DNA of 64,000 bases from Elusimicrobia bacterium GWA2_66_18 (GCA_001799675.1 MGTX01000032.1:42405-106404); one strand, 5' to 3'; numbered from the stretch's first letter, positions 18,914-27,848 are shown. Program-made: numbers and translations. The notes: generated from the sequence alone by a model not told the origin.

Positions 18914-20464
18914 ATGAGAAGAATCTTCGTCTTGACGCTGGTTTTGGCGTTATTTTTTGGCGGGCCAGCAAACTCCAAAGGAGAATCAGAAATGCAGCAG
19001 CCGCCCCTGCGGTATTGGTTTTGGTGGCCGATCCGAACCCTTGACACCTTCGAGGCGGACACGCCGCCGGTCATGCAGGTCGCGCGCAACATCTACGCGC
19101 CTCTTGTCTCCGAATTTCTCGATGGCAAGGCGCAGGGGTTGGTCGCGGAAGACTGGCGAGTCGATCAAACCGGGAAGAACTGGACGTTCCGAATACGGAA
19201 AGGACTTGTCTTTGACGACGGAGATCCCATCACGCCGAAGGTGGTCTTGGCGAATTTCCGACGCATCCTCTGGCTGACCCGCGGCGAAAAACTCGCCCTT
19301 AACGCGCTCCTCCCCGAGATCGCGGGATGGAAGGATTTCAAAGCGCCTCTCCAGAGCCTCCATGCCGATCAAGACAGCCTTTATTTCCATTTCGATCGAC
19401 GGCCCGTGGACCTGTTCGAGGCCATCGGCCAACCGATATACGGCATCGCCAATCCGAAGTGCTTCGATCATCAGGGGCTTTGGAAGGACCCCTTCTGTCA
19501 TTCCGCTTCGGGGCAATACCGGATCATCGAACGTTCCCCGAACAGGGTCGTTCTGCGGTCCCGGAACATATTTCCGGCCGCCGTCAACGCGCCGGAAACC
19601 GTGGAAATCAATGCCCCGGTGGAACGCGACGATAACGTCGTCCAGGCGCTTCGGGACGGTCGTGGAGACCTGACCGTCGAGCACAGTTTCGCCATCAGTC
19701 GCCGGTCTCTCCGGGAGATCGGTGATTCCGGTTTGAAGATGGTGGCTGAGCCTCCCGTGCGCATGCACTTCATGCATCTCAACGCGTCTCGGAGACCATT
19801 CAAGAGCAAAGCCCTGAGACAGTCGCTGCGCGACTCATTCCTGCGCGCGCTGAAATCCGACGCGCGCTATGCGTCGTCCGGGATCGAAGTGGACCCATCG
19901 TTCATCCCGAAGGGGGGCGTCGGGTACGCCCACCTCGATGTGCCGCGGCCCGGACAGGTTGCAAAAGCATCGGGGGAGCCGGTCGACGTCCTATTTTTTC
20001 CTCTGGCTGCGGAGCGGGAAACCCAGGAGGCGATCGAGGACAGCGTGGTGTCCTCTCTCAAAGCGCACGGCCTTGTGCCGAGGGTCAAACGATATCCCGA
20101 CCGGTTCGAGCCCTTCAACCGCATGAGACGAGGGGACTTCGACGTCATCATCCGTGGGACGGGCATCCTCGTCAACAATCCCTACGCCGACCTGCGGATG
20201 ATGTTCATGAGCAAAATCGGCGCCATGATCCCGGACCCTTCAGGCGCTGTTGCGGGGCTGATTGAAAAAGCCGAGCGGGAACAAGACTCATCCAAGAGGT
20301 CGCGCCTCGTGGAAGAGATCAACCGCTCGGTTTTCGAGGAAGCGGCAATCATCACCTTCGCGCATTCGAACCTGCTTTACATCCATAACCGCGGCGTGGA
20401 CCTCTCCCATCTCAACATCTTCGCCGATCCCATCGAGTTTAGAGCCGTCAGTTGGAACCCCTAG
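18914..20464 (+). CDS. Family 5 (OppA/DppA-like) solute-binding protein
   Basis: Signal peptide; GLVAEDW...WTFRIRKGLVFDDGDPIT..V, SGQYRI, LNASRRPF...LRQ. Confidence 0.88.
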   Translation: MRRIFVLTLVLALFFGGPANSKGESEMQQPPLRYWFWWPIRTLDTFEADTPPVMQVARNIYAPLVSEFLDGKAQGLVAEDWRVDQTGKNWTFRIRKGLVFDDGDPITPKVVLANFRRILWLTRGEKLALNALLPEIAGWKDFKAPLQSLHADQDSLYFHFDRRPVDLFEAIGQPIYGIANPKCFDHQGLWKDPFCHSASGQYRIIERSPNRVVLRSRNIFPAAVNAPETVEINAPVERDDNVVQALRDGRGDLTVEHSFAISRRSLREIGDSGLKMVAEPPVRMHFMHLNASRRPFKSKALRQSLRDSFLRALKSDARYASSGIEVDPSFIPKGGVGYAHLDVPRPGQVAKASGEPVDVLFFPLAAERETQEAIEDSVVSSLKAHGLVPRVKRYPDRFEPFNRMRRGDFDVIIRGTGILVNNPYADLRMMFMSKIGAMIPDPSGAVAGLIEKAEREQDSSKRSRLVEEINRSVFEEAAIITFAHSNLLYIHNRGVDLSHLNIFADPIEFRAVSWNP

Positions 20465-20468
20465 ACCA

Positions 20469-22538
20469 ATGCGTCTCGCCCCGCTGAAGGACCCCAGGCT
20501 TCTCCTCTCATGGCTGCTGGGCGTCTGTCTCATCGCGGCGACGTTCTACGGCGCGACTTCCCGGCTGTGGACTGAGGCAGAGAGCGCCCGGGCCGCTTCG
20601 ACGGAAAAGACCGTCGTTGCCGCCTTGGCTGGAGACTTGGCCGAAGGCAACCTGTTCAAGCTCGGCGCGACCGTTTTGAGGCTGAAGCGTGAGGGGCAAC
20701 TGAGATCGGCGAGAATATTTGCCATCCGCGATGCGGCCGCAAGCGTCCTATTCCAAACCCCGGAAGCGAACGGCCTCGATGAAGCCCTTTCCCGGACGTT
20801 CCGTTGCAAAGAACGGAAGCGGGTCGCGCGGCGCTCCGGCGGAGGCGTGGACGTGTGGACGATCCTGCCCGCCAGAATCTCCGGTTTTGATTGCGTCGCA
20901 CTGTATTTCAGCTCCGACCTTCCACCCGAACTGGATCTGTTTAAGAGCCGCCTGCTGGCCTCATCCGGAGGACTCATCCTTGTCCTCATCGTGCTTTTTT
21001 CATGGCTGGCGCTGTCCTGGCATCACCGGATATTGAACTTGGAGCTGGCCGCCTCTCGCATGAAAGTCGAAAAGGAATCCGCGATCGAGCAGATCGCCGC
21101 CCAGGTTGCCCACGATATCCGCTCTCCCTTGGCGGCCCTGGAAATCGTTTCCGGGGCTATCGCCCAGCTTCCGGAAGACAAGCGCATCCTGATTCGCGCC
21201 GCCGTCGGCCGCATCCGCGACATCGCCAACAATCTCTTGGACCGTCGGCGCGCCCGAGTTGCCGGGGCCGGGAGCCCATCCGCCGCTTCCGTCGCGCCCG
21301 AGGCGGCATCCCCGCGACTCCTCTCCAGCCTGATCGACCCCGTCGTCAGCGAGAAGCGCCTCCAGTTTAGGTCCCATTCCCGCGTCGACATCGAGCCCAG
21401 GCTCGACGCCTCATCCTACGGGCTTTTTGCCGCGGTGCAGCCCGTGGAGTTCAAGCGTCTGCTCTCCAACCTCGTCAACAACGCGGTCGAGGCCTTCGGC
21501 GAAGGCGCGGGCGCGGTGAGCGTGAGCCTGAGCGCCCGCGAAGGCCGCGCCCTGGTCAGCGTGCAGGACAACGGCAAGGGTATCCCACCCGAGGTGCTGG
21601 CCAAACTGGGGCGCCGAGGGGAGACCCACGGCAAGGTCGGGGGCTCGGGTCTTGGACTGTACCATGCCCGCAGCAGTGCCGAGTCCTGGGGCGGGAGCCT
21701 GGAGCTTTCCTCCGAGGTCGGCAAGGGCACGACGGCGATTTTGGCCCTGCCCTTGGCTCCGGCGCCGGGGTGGTTCGTGCCGGAGCTCTTGCTTGCGCCA
21801 GGCAAGGCCGTGGTGATCCTCGATGACGACGAGAGCATACACCAAGTCTGGCAGGGGAGGCTTGACGCACTGAGGGCGGGCGCGCAAGGAGTCCCCGTCG
21901 TCCACGTTTCGACGCCGGATGAGATACGGGACTGGGTCAAGAACGAGGCGGCCGCGGCGCGAGAGGCGCTCTATCTTTTCGATTACGAGTTGTTGGGACA
22001 TCGGGAGACGGGCCTTGCTTTAGCCGAGGAACTGGGGCTCGGGGAGCGTGTGGTGCTGGTGACGAGCCGCTACGAGGAGTCGGAGGTGCTGGAGGGCTGT
22101 CGGAGGCTCAGAGCCCGCATGATTCCCAAAGGCCTGGCTGGTTTCGTTCCCATCCGAGTACAAGCGGCGAAGGCCCCGCCTGCGGCCGCGCCGGACGAGA
22201 AGGGCGCTAGGCTCGATGCGGTGCTCATCGACGATGATGCGCTGGTGCGGATGAACTGGAGCATGGCAGCCAAACGGGAGGGGAAGTCCTTCAAGACGTA
22301 CGCGGACGCGGCGTCCTTTTTAGCCGAACTGGACGCGGGCGCCATCTCCACGGACACTCCCGTCTACATCGACTCCAACCTCGCCGACGGGGTTAAAGGC
22401 GAGGTCGTGGCCCTTGAGATCAACCGCCGGGGTTTTAAGAGAATTCGACTGGCGACCGGCCACGACCCCTCCGCGTTCGCCCCGATGCCTCATATCCTCG
22501 AAGTCATCGGCAAAGAGCCCCCGTGGGGCGCAACTTGA
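20469..22538 (+). CDS. Membrane sensor histidine kinase with two C-terminal receiver-like domains
   Basis: 2 TMs; H-box AHDIRSPL; NLVNNA, DNGKGI, GSGLGL; ILDDD..YLFDYEL..PK and LIDDD..YIDSNL..GK receiver-like modules. Confidence 0.92.
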   Translation: MRLAPLKDPRLLLSWLLGVCLIAATFYGATSRLWTEAESARAASTEKTVVAALAGDLAEGNLFKLGATVLRLKREGQLRSARIFAIRDAAASVLFQTPEANGLDEALSRTFRCKERKRVARRSGGGVDVWTILPARISGFDCVALYFSSDLPPELDLFKSRLLASSGGLILVLIVLFSWLALSWHHRILNLELAASRMKVEKESAIEQIAAQVAHDIRSPLAALEIVSGAIAQLPEDKRILIRAAVGRIRDIANNLLDRRRARVAGAGSPSAASVAPEAASPRLLSSLIDPVVSEKRLQFRSHSRVDIEPRLDASSYGLFAAVQPVEFKRLLSNLVNNAVEAFGEGAGAVSVSLSAREGRALVSVQDNGKGIPPEVLAKLGRRGETHGKVGGSGLGLYHARSSAESWGGSLELSSEVGKGTTAILALPLAPAPGWFVPELLLAPGKAVVILDDDESIHQVWQGRLDALRAGAQGVPVVHVSTPDEIRDWVKNEAAAAREALYLFDYELLGHRETGLALAEELGLGERVVLVTSRYEESEVLEGCRRLRARMIPKGLAGFVPIRVQAAKAPPAAAPDEKGARLDAVLIDDDALVRMNWSMAAKREGKSFKTYADAASFLAELDAGAISTDTPVYIDSNLADGVKGEVVALEINRRGFKRIRLATGHDPSAFAPMPHILEVIGKEPPWGAT

Positions 22539-22590
22539 GGTTTTTTGAGATTGTCGCGGCAGTAACGGCGCCCGCAGGCCTGGAGAAAAC

Positions 22591-22656
22591 TTAGGGCTTT
22601 CGACCTATATTCGTCTTGACCGGCAGGAGGCGCGCGCCGCGCAGGAAGGCCTCCCA
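22591..22656. repeat. 66-bp direct repeat, right copy (island boundary)
   Basis: 64/66 identical to 16494..16559; encodes the last 21 codons and stop of CDS 22591..23178. Confidence 0.95.
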
Positions 22657-23178
22657 GGCGATCTCCCCGAGCCTCTCGGGGTCCGCGACGGGGCTTTCCC
22701 GCTGGTGGGAGAGCACGATGAACCGCCCGTCTTTGAAGGGCGCAAGGACGCAGAACGACTCGGCGCCCATCCGCGGCCTCGCCGAGGAGGACTCATGCGG
22801 ACCGCCTTGCGCGAGAGGGAAACGGCGGCGGTACAGCGCCAAGGGCCGTCCGGCGACCGGCGCCGCGCCCCGTTTTTGCGCCTCGCGCCCCATCGTGGTC
22901 GCGGCCGGTCCGGCGAGGAAATCCGCGGGGGTCTTGTAAAAGGAACCCTTCGCCCCGAAGACCCGGACGACCAGGCGGTCTGCGCCCCGCTCGAAGGCCA
23001 CGACGAGGTCGGCGCCCGCCGCGTTGGAATAGGTCGTCCGGCGCCAGCCCGGCGGGGTCTCGACCTGGATGAGGCCGGCGACGATTTCTGAGGGGGGGGA
23101 GGTCTTCATGGGGGGCTCCTTGGCCGCTCCGGCCAGGGCCGCAGGCGCGAGGAGGCAGGCCAGGCCTAGCGTTCTCAT
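22591..23178 (-). CDS. Hypothetical exported protein
   Basis: Signal peptide MRTLGLACLLAPAALAGA; TGATG overlap with the upstream gene. Confidence 0.75.
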   Translation of the reverse strand: MRTLGLACLLAPAALAGAAKEPPMKTSPPSEIVAGLIQVETPPGWRRTTYSNAAGADLVVAFERGADRLVVRVFGAKGSFYKTPADFLAGPAATTMGREAQKRGAAPVAGRPLALYRRRFPLAQGGPHESSSARPRMGAESFCVLAPFKDGRFIVLSHQRESPVADPERLGEIAWEAFLRGARLLPVKTNIGRKP

Positions 23179-24476
23179 CAGCGGCCCCAGTGGCGAGGGT
23201 TGTCTCGCAGGTCGTCCTGGTAGAGCGTCTCCAGGCCGTCTTCATCGATCTGATCGGGCGGGGGCGGAGTCCGGGTCTCGGGCTTGCGGCCCTGCGTCTG
23301 CATCCCGAGGCGCGCGCGGTAGCGCGAGATACGCTCCTCGCAGGACCGGAGGTACTCGGAGCGCGAGGATTGGGAGAGTTGCCACAGCTGCTCGAGGCCG
23401 GGCTCGGTGTCGAGGAAATCGATGCGATTTTGGAGAGAATCCTCGACCTTGTGGGAATACGTCATCAGTCGGGGGAGTTCCCGCTCCAGGAAGTTCTCGA
23501 TGTCTTCGCTGATCGAGGCGAATCGGCGGCGTTCCATGCCGTGGCCGGCCGTGAGATGTTCGATGATGATGCGCCACTTGCGCATCTTGACGGCTTCGTC
23601 GTCGAGCCGCTCGCGGCGGCGGCGCGTCTCTTCTAGGCGGGACCTCAGCACCGGGAGCGGATCGCCCATCTCGGCGGGGCTCAAGGACTGGGCGTAATAA
23701 GGGTCGATGAGAGCGCTTCTATCGTGGAAGCGCTCGGGATCCTGCAGGTAGCTCCACATGTCGCCGTCGCTTAAAGGGGCGCCGAGTTCGCTGAGGACCA
23801 GCCAGCCGATCAGGCGGGCGTTGGCCTCGTCGCCGCGGTAGAGGTTGAGCATCCACGCGGGGAAGTTGTCGCGGGCGGCCCTCTGGTGTTCGAGGGCGTG
23901 TCCGAACATCTCATGGGCGATGGTCTCCGCCATATTTTGGGCGGCGAAGGGCGGGTCGGCGTCGAGGAAAAGGCTGTTGAGCGCGACGACGGACCGCCCA
24001 TCGAGGGACCGCCCATTGGACCGGGTCTCGCCCAGCACCCCGGACACCACCCTGACGCCGTTGACCGTGATAAGCGAGCCGTCGAGCTTGTCGAAGCGGA
24101 TGTCGCAGGAGGCTCCCTCGTCCACGAAATCCTCCGCGGCTTGCCGGCCGGTCCTGGTCCGGAGGATGTCGCGCAGGGCCTCTTGGAGCGCGGCGGCGGC
24201 CCGGGGGTCCGAGTTCCGGTAGAGCGTGACTCGGGAGAGGAGAGCGCGGAGCAACCGAGGCTCCTCCGTCACGGCGGATGCCGGGCGCGCGGATTCGGTT
24301 TGGCCGGGCGACGTCGGGACTTCCACGCCCGGCGGGCGTCGCAGTCCGCCGTCGAAATCGAGAGCGTCGACGGCGCCGGGAGTCAGGAGGTCCGCCTCCA
24401 CCGAGGTCGCCGCCGCCGGGCCCGCGGCCAACAGCGGGAGGATGACGCAAACGGCGTGTCTCAAGCTCCGGGGCAT
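23178..24476 (-). CDS. Secreted protein with zincin-like AHEMFGH motif
   Basis: Signal peptide MPRSLRHAVCVILPLLAAGPAAA; HExxxH followed by DEANA; coiled C-terminus. Confidence 0.75.
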   Translation of the reverse strand: MPRSLRHAVCVILPLLAAGPAAATSVEADLLTPGAVDALDFDGGLRRPPGVEVPTSPGQTESARPASAVTEEPRLLRALLSRVTLYRNSDPRAAAALQEALRDILRTRTGRQAAEDFVDEGASCDIRFDKLDGSLITVNGVRVVSGVLGETRSNGRSLDGRSVVALNSLFLDADPPFAAQNMAETIAHEMFGHALEHQRAARDNFPAWMLNLYRGDEANARLIGWLVLSELGAPLSDGDMWSYLQDPERFHDRSALIDPYYAQSLSPAEMGDPLPVLRSRLEETRRRRERLDDEAVKMRKWRIIIEHLTAGHGMERRRFASISEDIENFLERELPRLMTYSHKVEDSLQNRIDFLDTEPGLEQLWQLSQSSRSEYLRSCEERISRYRARLGMQTQGRKPETRTPPPPDQIDEDGLETLYQDDLRDNPRHWGR

Positions 24477-24675
24477 GGCAATCCTGGGATTATAGGGAGC
24501 GGCGGCGTCTTGCGCCAAGGGTCTTAATGCCTACGTCGCCGCCAGTTTTGCTCTAATTCGGCAACCGCTGTTCCAGCCTCGTTTTTATCGCGGGTCAGGG
24601 ACAGCGGTTATTATTTTGGTCCCGTCGTCTTAGGGAAAGGCGGGATTCGAACTTTCCTCGCCCGCCGGTCCTCTA

Positions 24676-26154
24676 CTACTCATCGGCCGGCAGGCCGTAG
24701 AGCAGGTGAGGATTAATCGTCATGATGTGGTAGACTCCGTTGAGGTTCGCCATCGTGTCGCGGATGAACTCTGACATCACAGCCGGATTTCGACCTTCTT
24801 CGCGATAGTCCTTAACCTCACGGGCGAGCGCGAGTCGGACCGACTCCTCGGGCGACTTATAGATGGCGATCCCGCCGAATACGTTCCAGTGGCGGCTCTT
24901 GTCAGGTCCGTCCTCCTTGTTGCCCGGCAGGAGAAAGTTCTCCAGCGCAATGGAGGATGGGAGCTGAGTGCGAGGAATGCTCTTTACCCATGCGAACGGG
25001 ATGCGGACGGCCTCATCAAGCAGGCCGACGGCGGCGCGCTTGTCGCCGGGCTTGATGCGCATCGCCTCGCGGTAAAGCAGGACCATCGGGAGATTGTGGT
25101 TCTCTAGAGGCATGTCGGCATGCTTCGGAGTCGTGCGCGCCACCGCCCGCAGGTAGCGCCGGTCGTGCTGCGCAAAAAGCGAGAGCTTCATAAAATCCTG
25201 GCGCGTTGTCGTGGACTTGAAGTATTGCCACACAGCACGGTCCGAATAGTTCCGGAGCTTAAGCATGTCGCGCGGTGGGGCCAACGTCTCAAGATTCATC
25301 TCTAGTCCGAGGTCACGACGAAGCAGGTCCGACATCTTCCGGAAGACCGCGCTGGTCGGCTGCCTCCCTGCGGAATACTCCCGGTAGAGCGGGGACTCCT
25401 GAAGTTCCCGCAGGTGGTCGCGGAAGATGAGAGTCCCCGCCACGAAATGTGTTTGCCCTTTCACCGTCAGAGTTTCGGCGTCCTCGCTCAACTCAATGAG
25501 CATCATGAGGAGCGGGAAGAGGTCGTGTTCGGACCATAGCGCCTCACAACGCTTAAGTTTGCGCAGCACGTATTCACGCTCGACCGGCAGCAAATTCGCG
25601 CGACGTAGGCCGTAGGCGATGGAGAAACGCAGTCCTTCGTCATAGACCTCGGCCTGCAGCCGATCCCGATAGAGAGTGCGCGGCTCGCGCGCCATCGTGC
25701 GCAAGAATGGCAACGGCGATCTCACGAGCGCAGGATGGTCGAGGATCATGGTGGGGCGCTGCGTGTATTCCGAGGAGGGAAGGTACAAGAAGAATTCCCT
25801 GGGATAGGGGAACGAAAGTCTGGTCACGATGGCATCCGTACGGGCTTTGTAAGGGTCGCCGACCGCGTACAGCCTTTCCAGAATGCGGATATCCTCATCG
25901 TCGATAAAGCCGTTGCGATTGGCGTCCACCTTCAGAGCCTCGAGGCGGGGCCGTGCATAGGGATTGGCAAGGAAGCGGTGAAGCAGGACGACGTCCTTTT
26001 CGTCCCAGGCATGGTCGCCGTTGAGGTCCCCCAGCATGATGAGTTCGGAGTGCATGCCGATGCGGTGGACAGGGAGCGTGTAGTACGTCGTGGCGGTAGC
26101 CGAAACGGCAATCAGGATTCCGTAAAGGAATATTCTCAATTTCTTGCCATTCAT
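24676..26154 (-). CDS. Exported protein with dockerin-like/EF-hand pair and unknown C-terminal domain
   Basis: GDLNGDHAWDEKDVVLL and DANRNGFIDDEDIRIL Ca-binding loops after an N-terminal TM. Confidence 0.75.
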   Translation of the reverse strand: MNGKKLRIFLYGILIAVSATATTYYTLPVHRIGMHSELIMLGDLNGDHAWDEKDVVLLHRFLANPYARPRLEALKVDANRNGFIDDEDIRILERLYAVGDPYKARTDAIVTRLSFPYPREFFLYLPSSEYTQRPTMILDHPALVRSPLPFLRTMAREPRTLYRDRLQAEVYDEGLRFSIAYGLRRANLLPVEREYVLRKLKRCEALWSEHDLFPLLMMLIELSEDAETLTVKGQTHFVAGTLIFRDHLRELQESPLYREYSAGRQPTSAVFRKMSDLLRRDLGLEMNLETLAPPRDMLKLRNYSDRAVWQYFKSTTTRQDFMKLSLFAQHDRRYLRAVARTTPKHADMPLENHNLPMVLLYREAMRIKPGDKRAAVGLLDEAVRIPFAWVKSIPRTQLPSSIALENFLLPGNKEDGPDKSRHWNVFGGIAIYKSPEESVRLALAREVKDYREEGRNPAVMSEFIRDTMANLNGVYHIMTINPHLLYGLPADE

Positions 26155-27362
26155 ATCTTTGCCTTGACCAGGAAGTCTTCAAGGCTGATCCCCTCAACAT
26201 TACTTGCCGCAACCTCGCGCGTGATCATAACGAGCCTCGCTTGTTTATTGCGATGGCTGAAGGCCTTCAGCCCATCAGGCAAACCGGCTTCTTTGCCGGA
26301 TTTAACCTCAATGGCAACAAGTTCTTGTCCGCGCTTAAGAATAAAGTCGACCTCATCCTGACGATCGCGCCAGTAGAAGACCTCCCCACCCTCCCGCTCT
26401 GCCATCGCCACCAATGCGGCGCCAACAGCGTTCTCGACAAGGCGGCCCTTCCAGGCCGGATCGACCCGCCCGTTTTTGATTATGGCTGGAGTCAGGGCGG
26501 TCACTAAGCTGTTGTCTCTGAGAACGATCTTAGGAATGGATCCCCTCTGCCGGATGCGGCTGCCGCTCCACCTTTGCAGCGGCGCCATCAGGTAGGCAGC
26601 GGAGAGAAGGTGGAAATAATGCGCTATCGTGACCGTGTTGCCGGCATCGCTCAGCTGGCCGAGCATCTTCTGGTAGCTCATGATTTCAGCCGGATGAGCG
26701 CAGGCCATGCCGAAGGCCTGTCGAAGAAGAGCCGGTTTTTGAACGGGCGACATCAAAAGAACATCCTTGCCGATAACCGTTTCGATGAGAGAATCCCTTA
26801 TAAATCTCGACCACCGCACGGGGTCCTTCCTGAGTTCAAGCGCCCCAGGATATCCCCCGAAAACGAAGAACTCATCGAGCGTCAAGCCGAAGCAATCCCG
26901 ACACTCCAAAAATGACCACTGCATATGCCGATGAAGTTCGAAGCGGCCCGCAAGGCTTTCCGTCAAGCCGCGCTGAACGAGCAACGCCGACGAGCCTAGG
27001 AGGACGACTCGCAAGCGAGTCCGCTTCCGGCGATCTTCATCAACAAGGACCTTGACCGCCTCGCTCCAGTGCGGAATTTTCTGGACCTCATCGAGGATCA
27101 GCAGCGTATCCTCACCAGCCTTCAAAGGAAGTTCGCGGGCCTTTTTCCAGTGATCGGAAATCCATTCAGAGCCCGGCGTATGGGGCTGATCTGCGGTTTC
27201 GTAGATTTTCTGCCCCTGCCAACGCTCCTGGGCCTGAAGCGCGATAGTCGTTTTTCCAACCTGCCGGGGGCCCGTTACGACCTGAAGAAGCCTTGGCTCA
27301 CCGGTAAGCGCGCTCCAAAGAGCATCGAACAGGTGCTGACGGACGTATGTCATTTCAGCCAT
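26151..27362 (-). CDS. AAA_14-type ATPase with C-terminal DUF4143 (nuclease-like) domain
   Basis: Walker A GPRQVGKT, Walker B LILDEVQ, LGSS, ESLAGRF, GGYP, C-terminal EVDFIL..IEVKSG. Confidence 0.92.
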   Translation of the reverse strand: MAEMTYVRQHLFDALWSALTGEPRLLQVVTGPRQVGKTTIALQAQERWQGQKIYETADQPHTPGSEWISDHWKKARELPLKAGEDTLLILDEVQKIPHWSEAVKVLVDEDRRKRTRLRVVLLGSSALLVQRGLTESLAGRFELHRHMQWSFLECRDCFGLTLDEFFVFGGYPGALELRKDPVRWSRFIRDSLIETVIGKDVLLMSPVQKPALLRQAFGMACAHPAEIMSYQKMLGQLSDAGNTVTIAHYFHLLSAAYLMAPLQRWSGSRIRQRGSIPKIVLRDNSLVTALTPAIIKNGRVDPAWKGRLVENAVGAALVAMAEREGGEVFYWRDRQDEVDFILKRGQELVAIEVKSGKEAGLPDGLKAFSHRNKQARLVMITREVAASNVEGISLEDFLVKAKI

Positions 27363-27368
27363 ATGCCC

Positions 27369-27397
27369 ATTGTAGCTCCACAAAATCCAATAGTCAA
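27369..27397 (-). promoter_or_regulatory. Sigma70-type promoter of the ATPase (leaderless)
   Basis: TTGACT-17 nt-TACAAT, then 6 nt to the ATG at 27362. Confidence 0.75.
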
Positions 27398-27698
27398 CGG
27401 TTTACTCAGTCGTATGAGTAATTCGTTTTTGATGAGAATTCCGACGCCTCTCAAAGGCCCAGTTGACATTTTCAGTCCCCTCGTCGCCTGAACGGAGGGA
27501 TTCGAACTTTTCTTCCTTTCCACAGAAGATAGATGCCACGCAAGAGAATAGGCGTCTCACCACAAATTCCCTTCTTGCTTTTGACTTTGATCAAATTCAC
27601 GGCCCAAGAAAGAATCAAAGACGGGATATAATCTCACGGGTGCGGACCGGACACGGATCAAAGCGGCATTGAAACTTCAAGAAAATCGGACGTGGTAG

Positions 27699-27848
27699 GA
27701 GGAAATCGTCGAGAAGCCCGGCAAGGCGTCCGCTGCCGCGGCTTCACCGGAGTTCAAGCACCAAGGCATCGACTGCTCAGCGCTTACCCAGAACTCCTAC
27801 GGGGAGAACCGCGTCAAGATCCCGCGCGTGAGCCGCGACCAGTGGAAG
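27699..27848 (+). pseudogene. NlpC/P60 peptidase fragment
   Basis: Start-less frame encodes GIDCSALTQNSYGENRVKIPRVSRDQWK (DCS...PR.S.DQ); no catalytic His region follows. Confidence 0.6.

Noticed and set aside
24642-27510. tRNA genes at the two GGGATTCGAAC motifs
   Set aside because: No D-arm, anticodon arm or acceptor stem can be folded; kept only as att-like repeats
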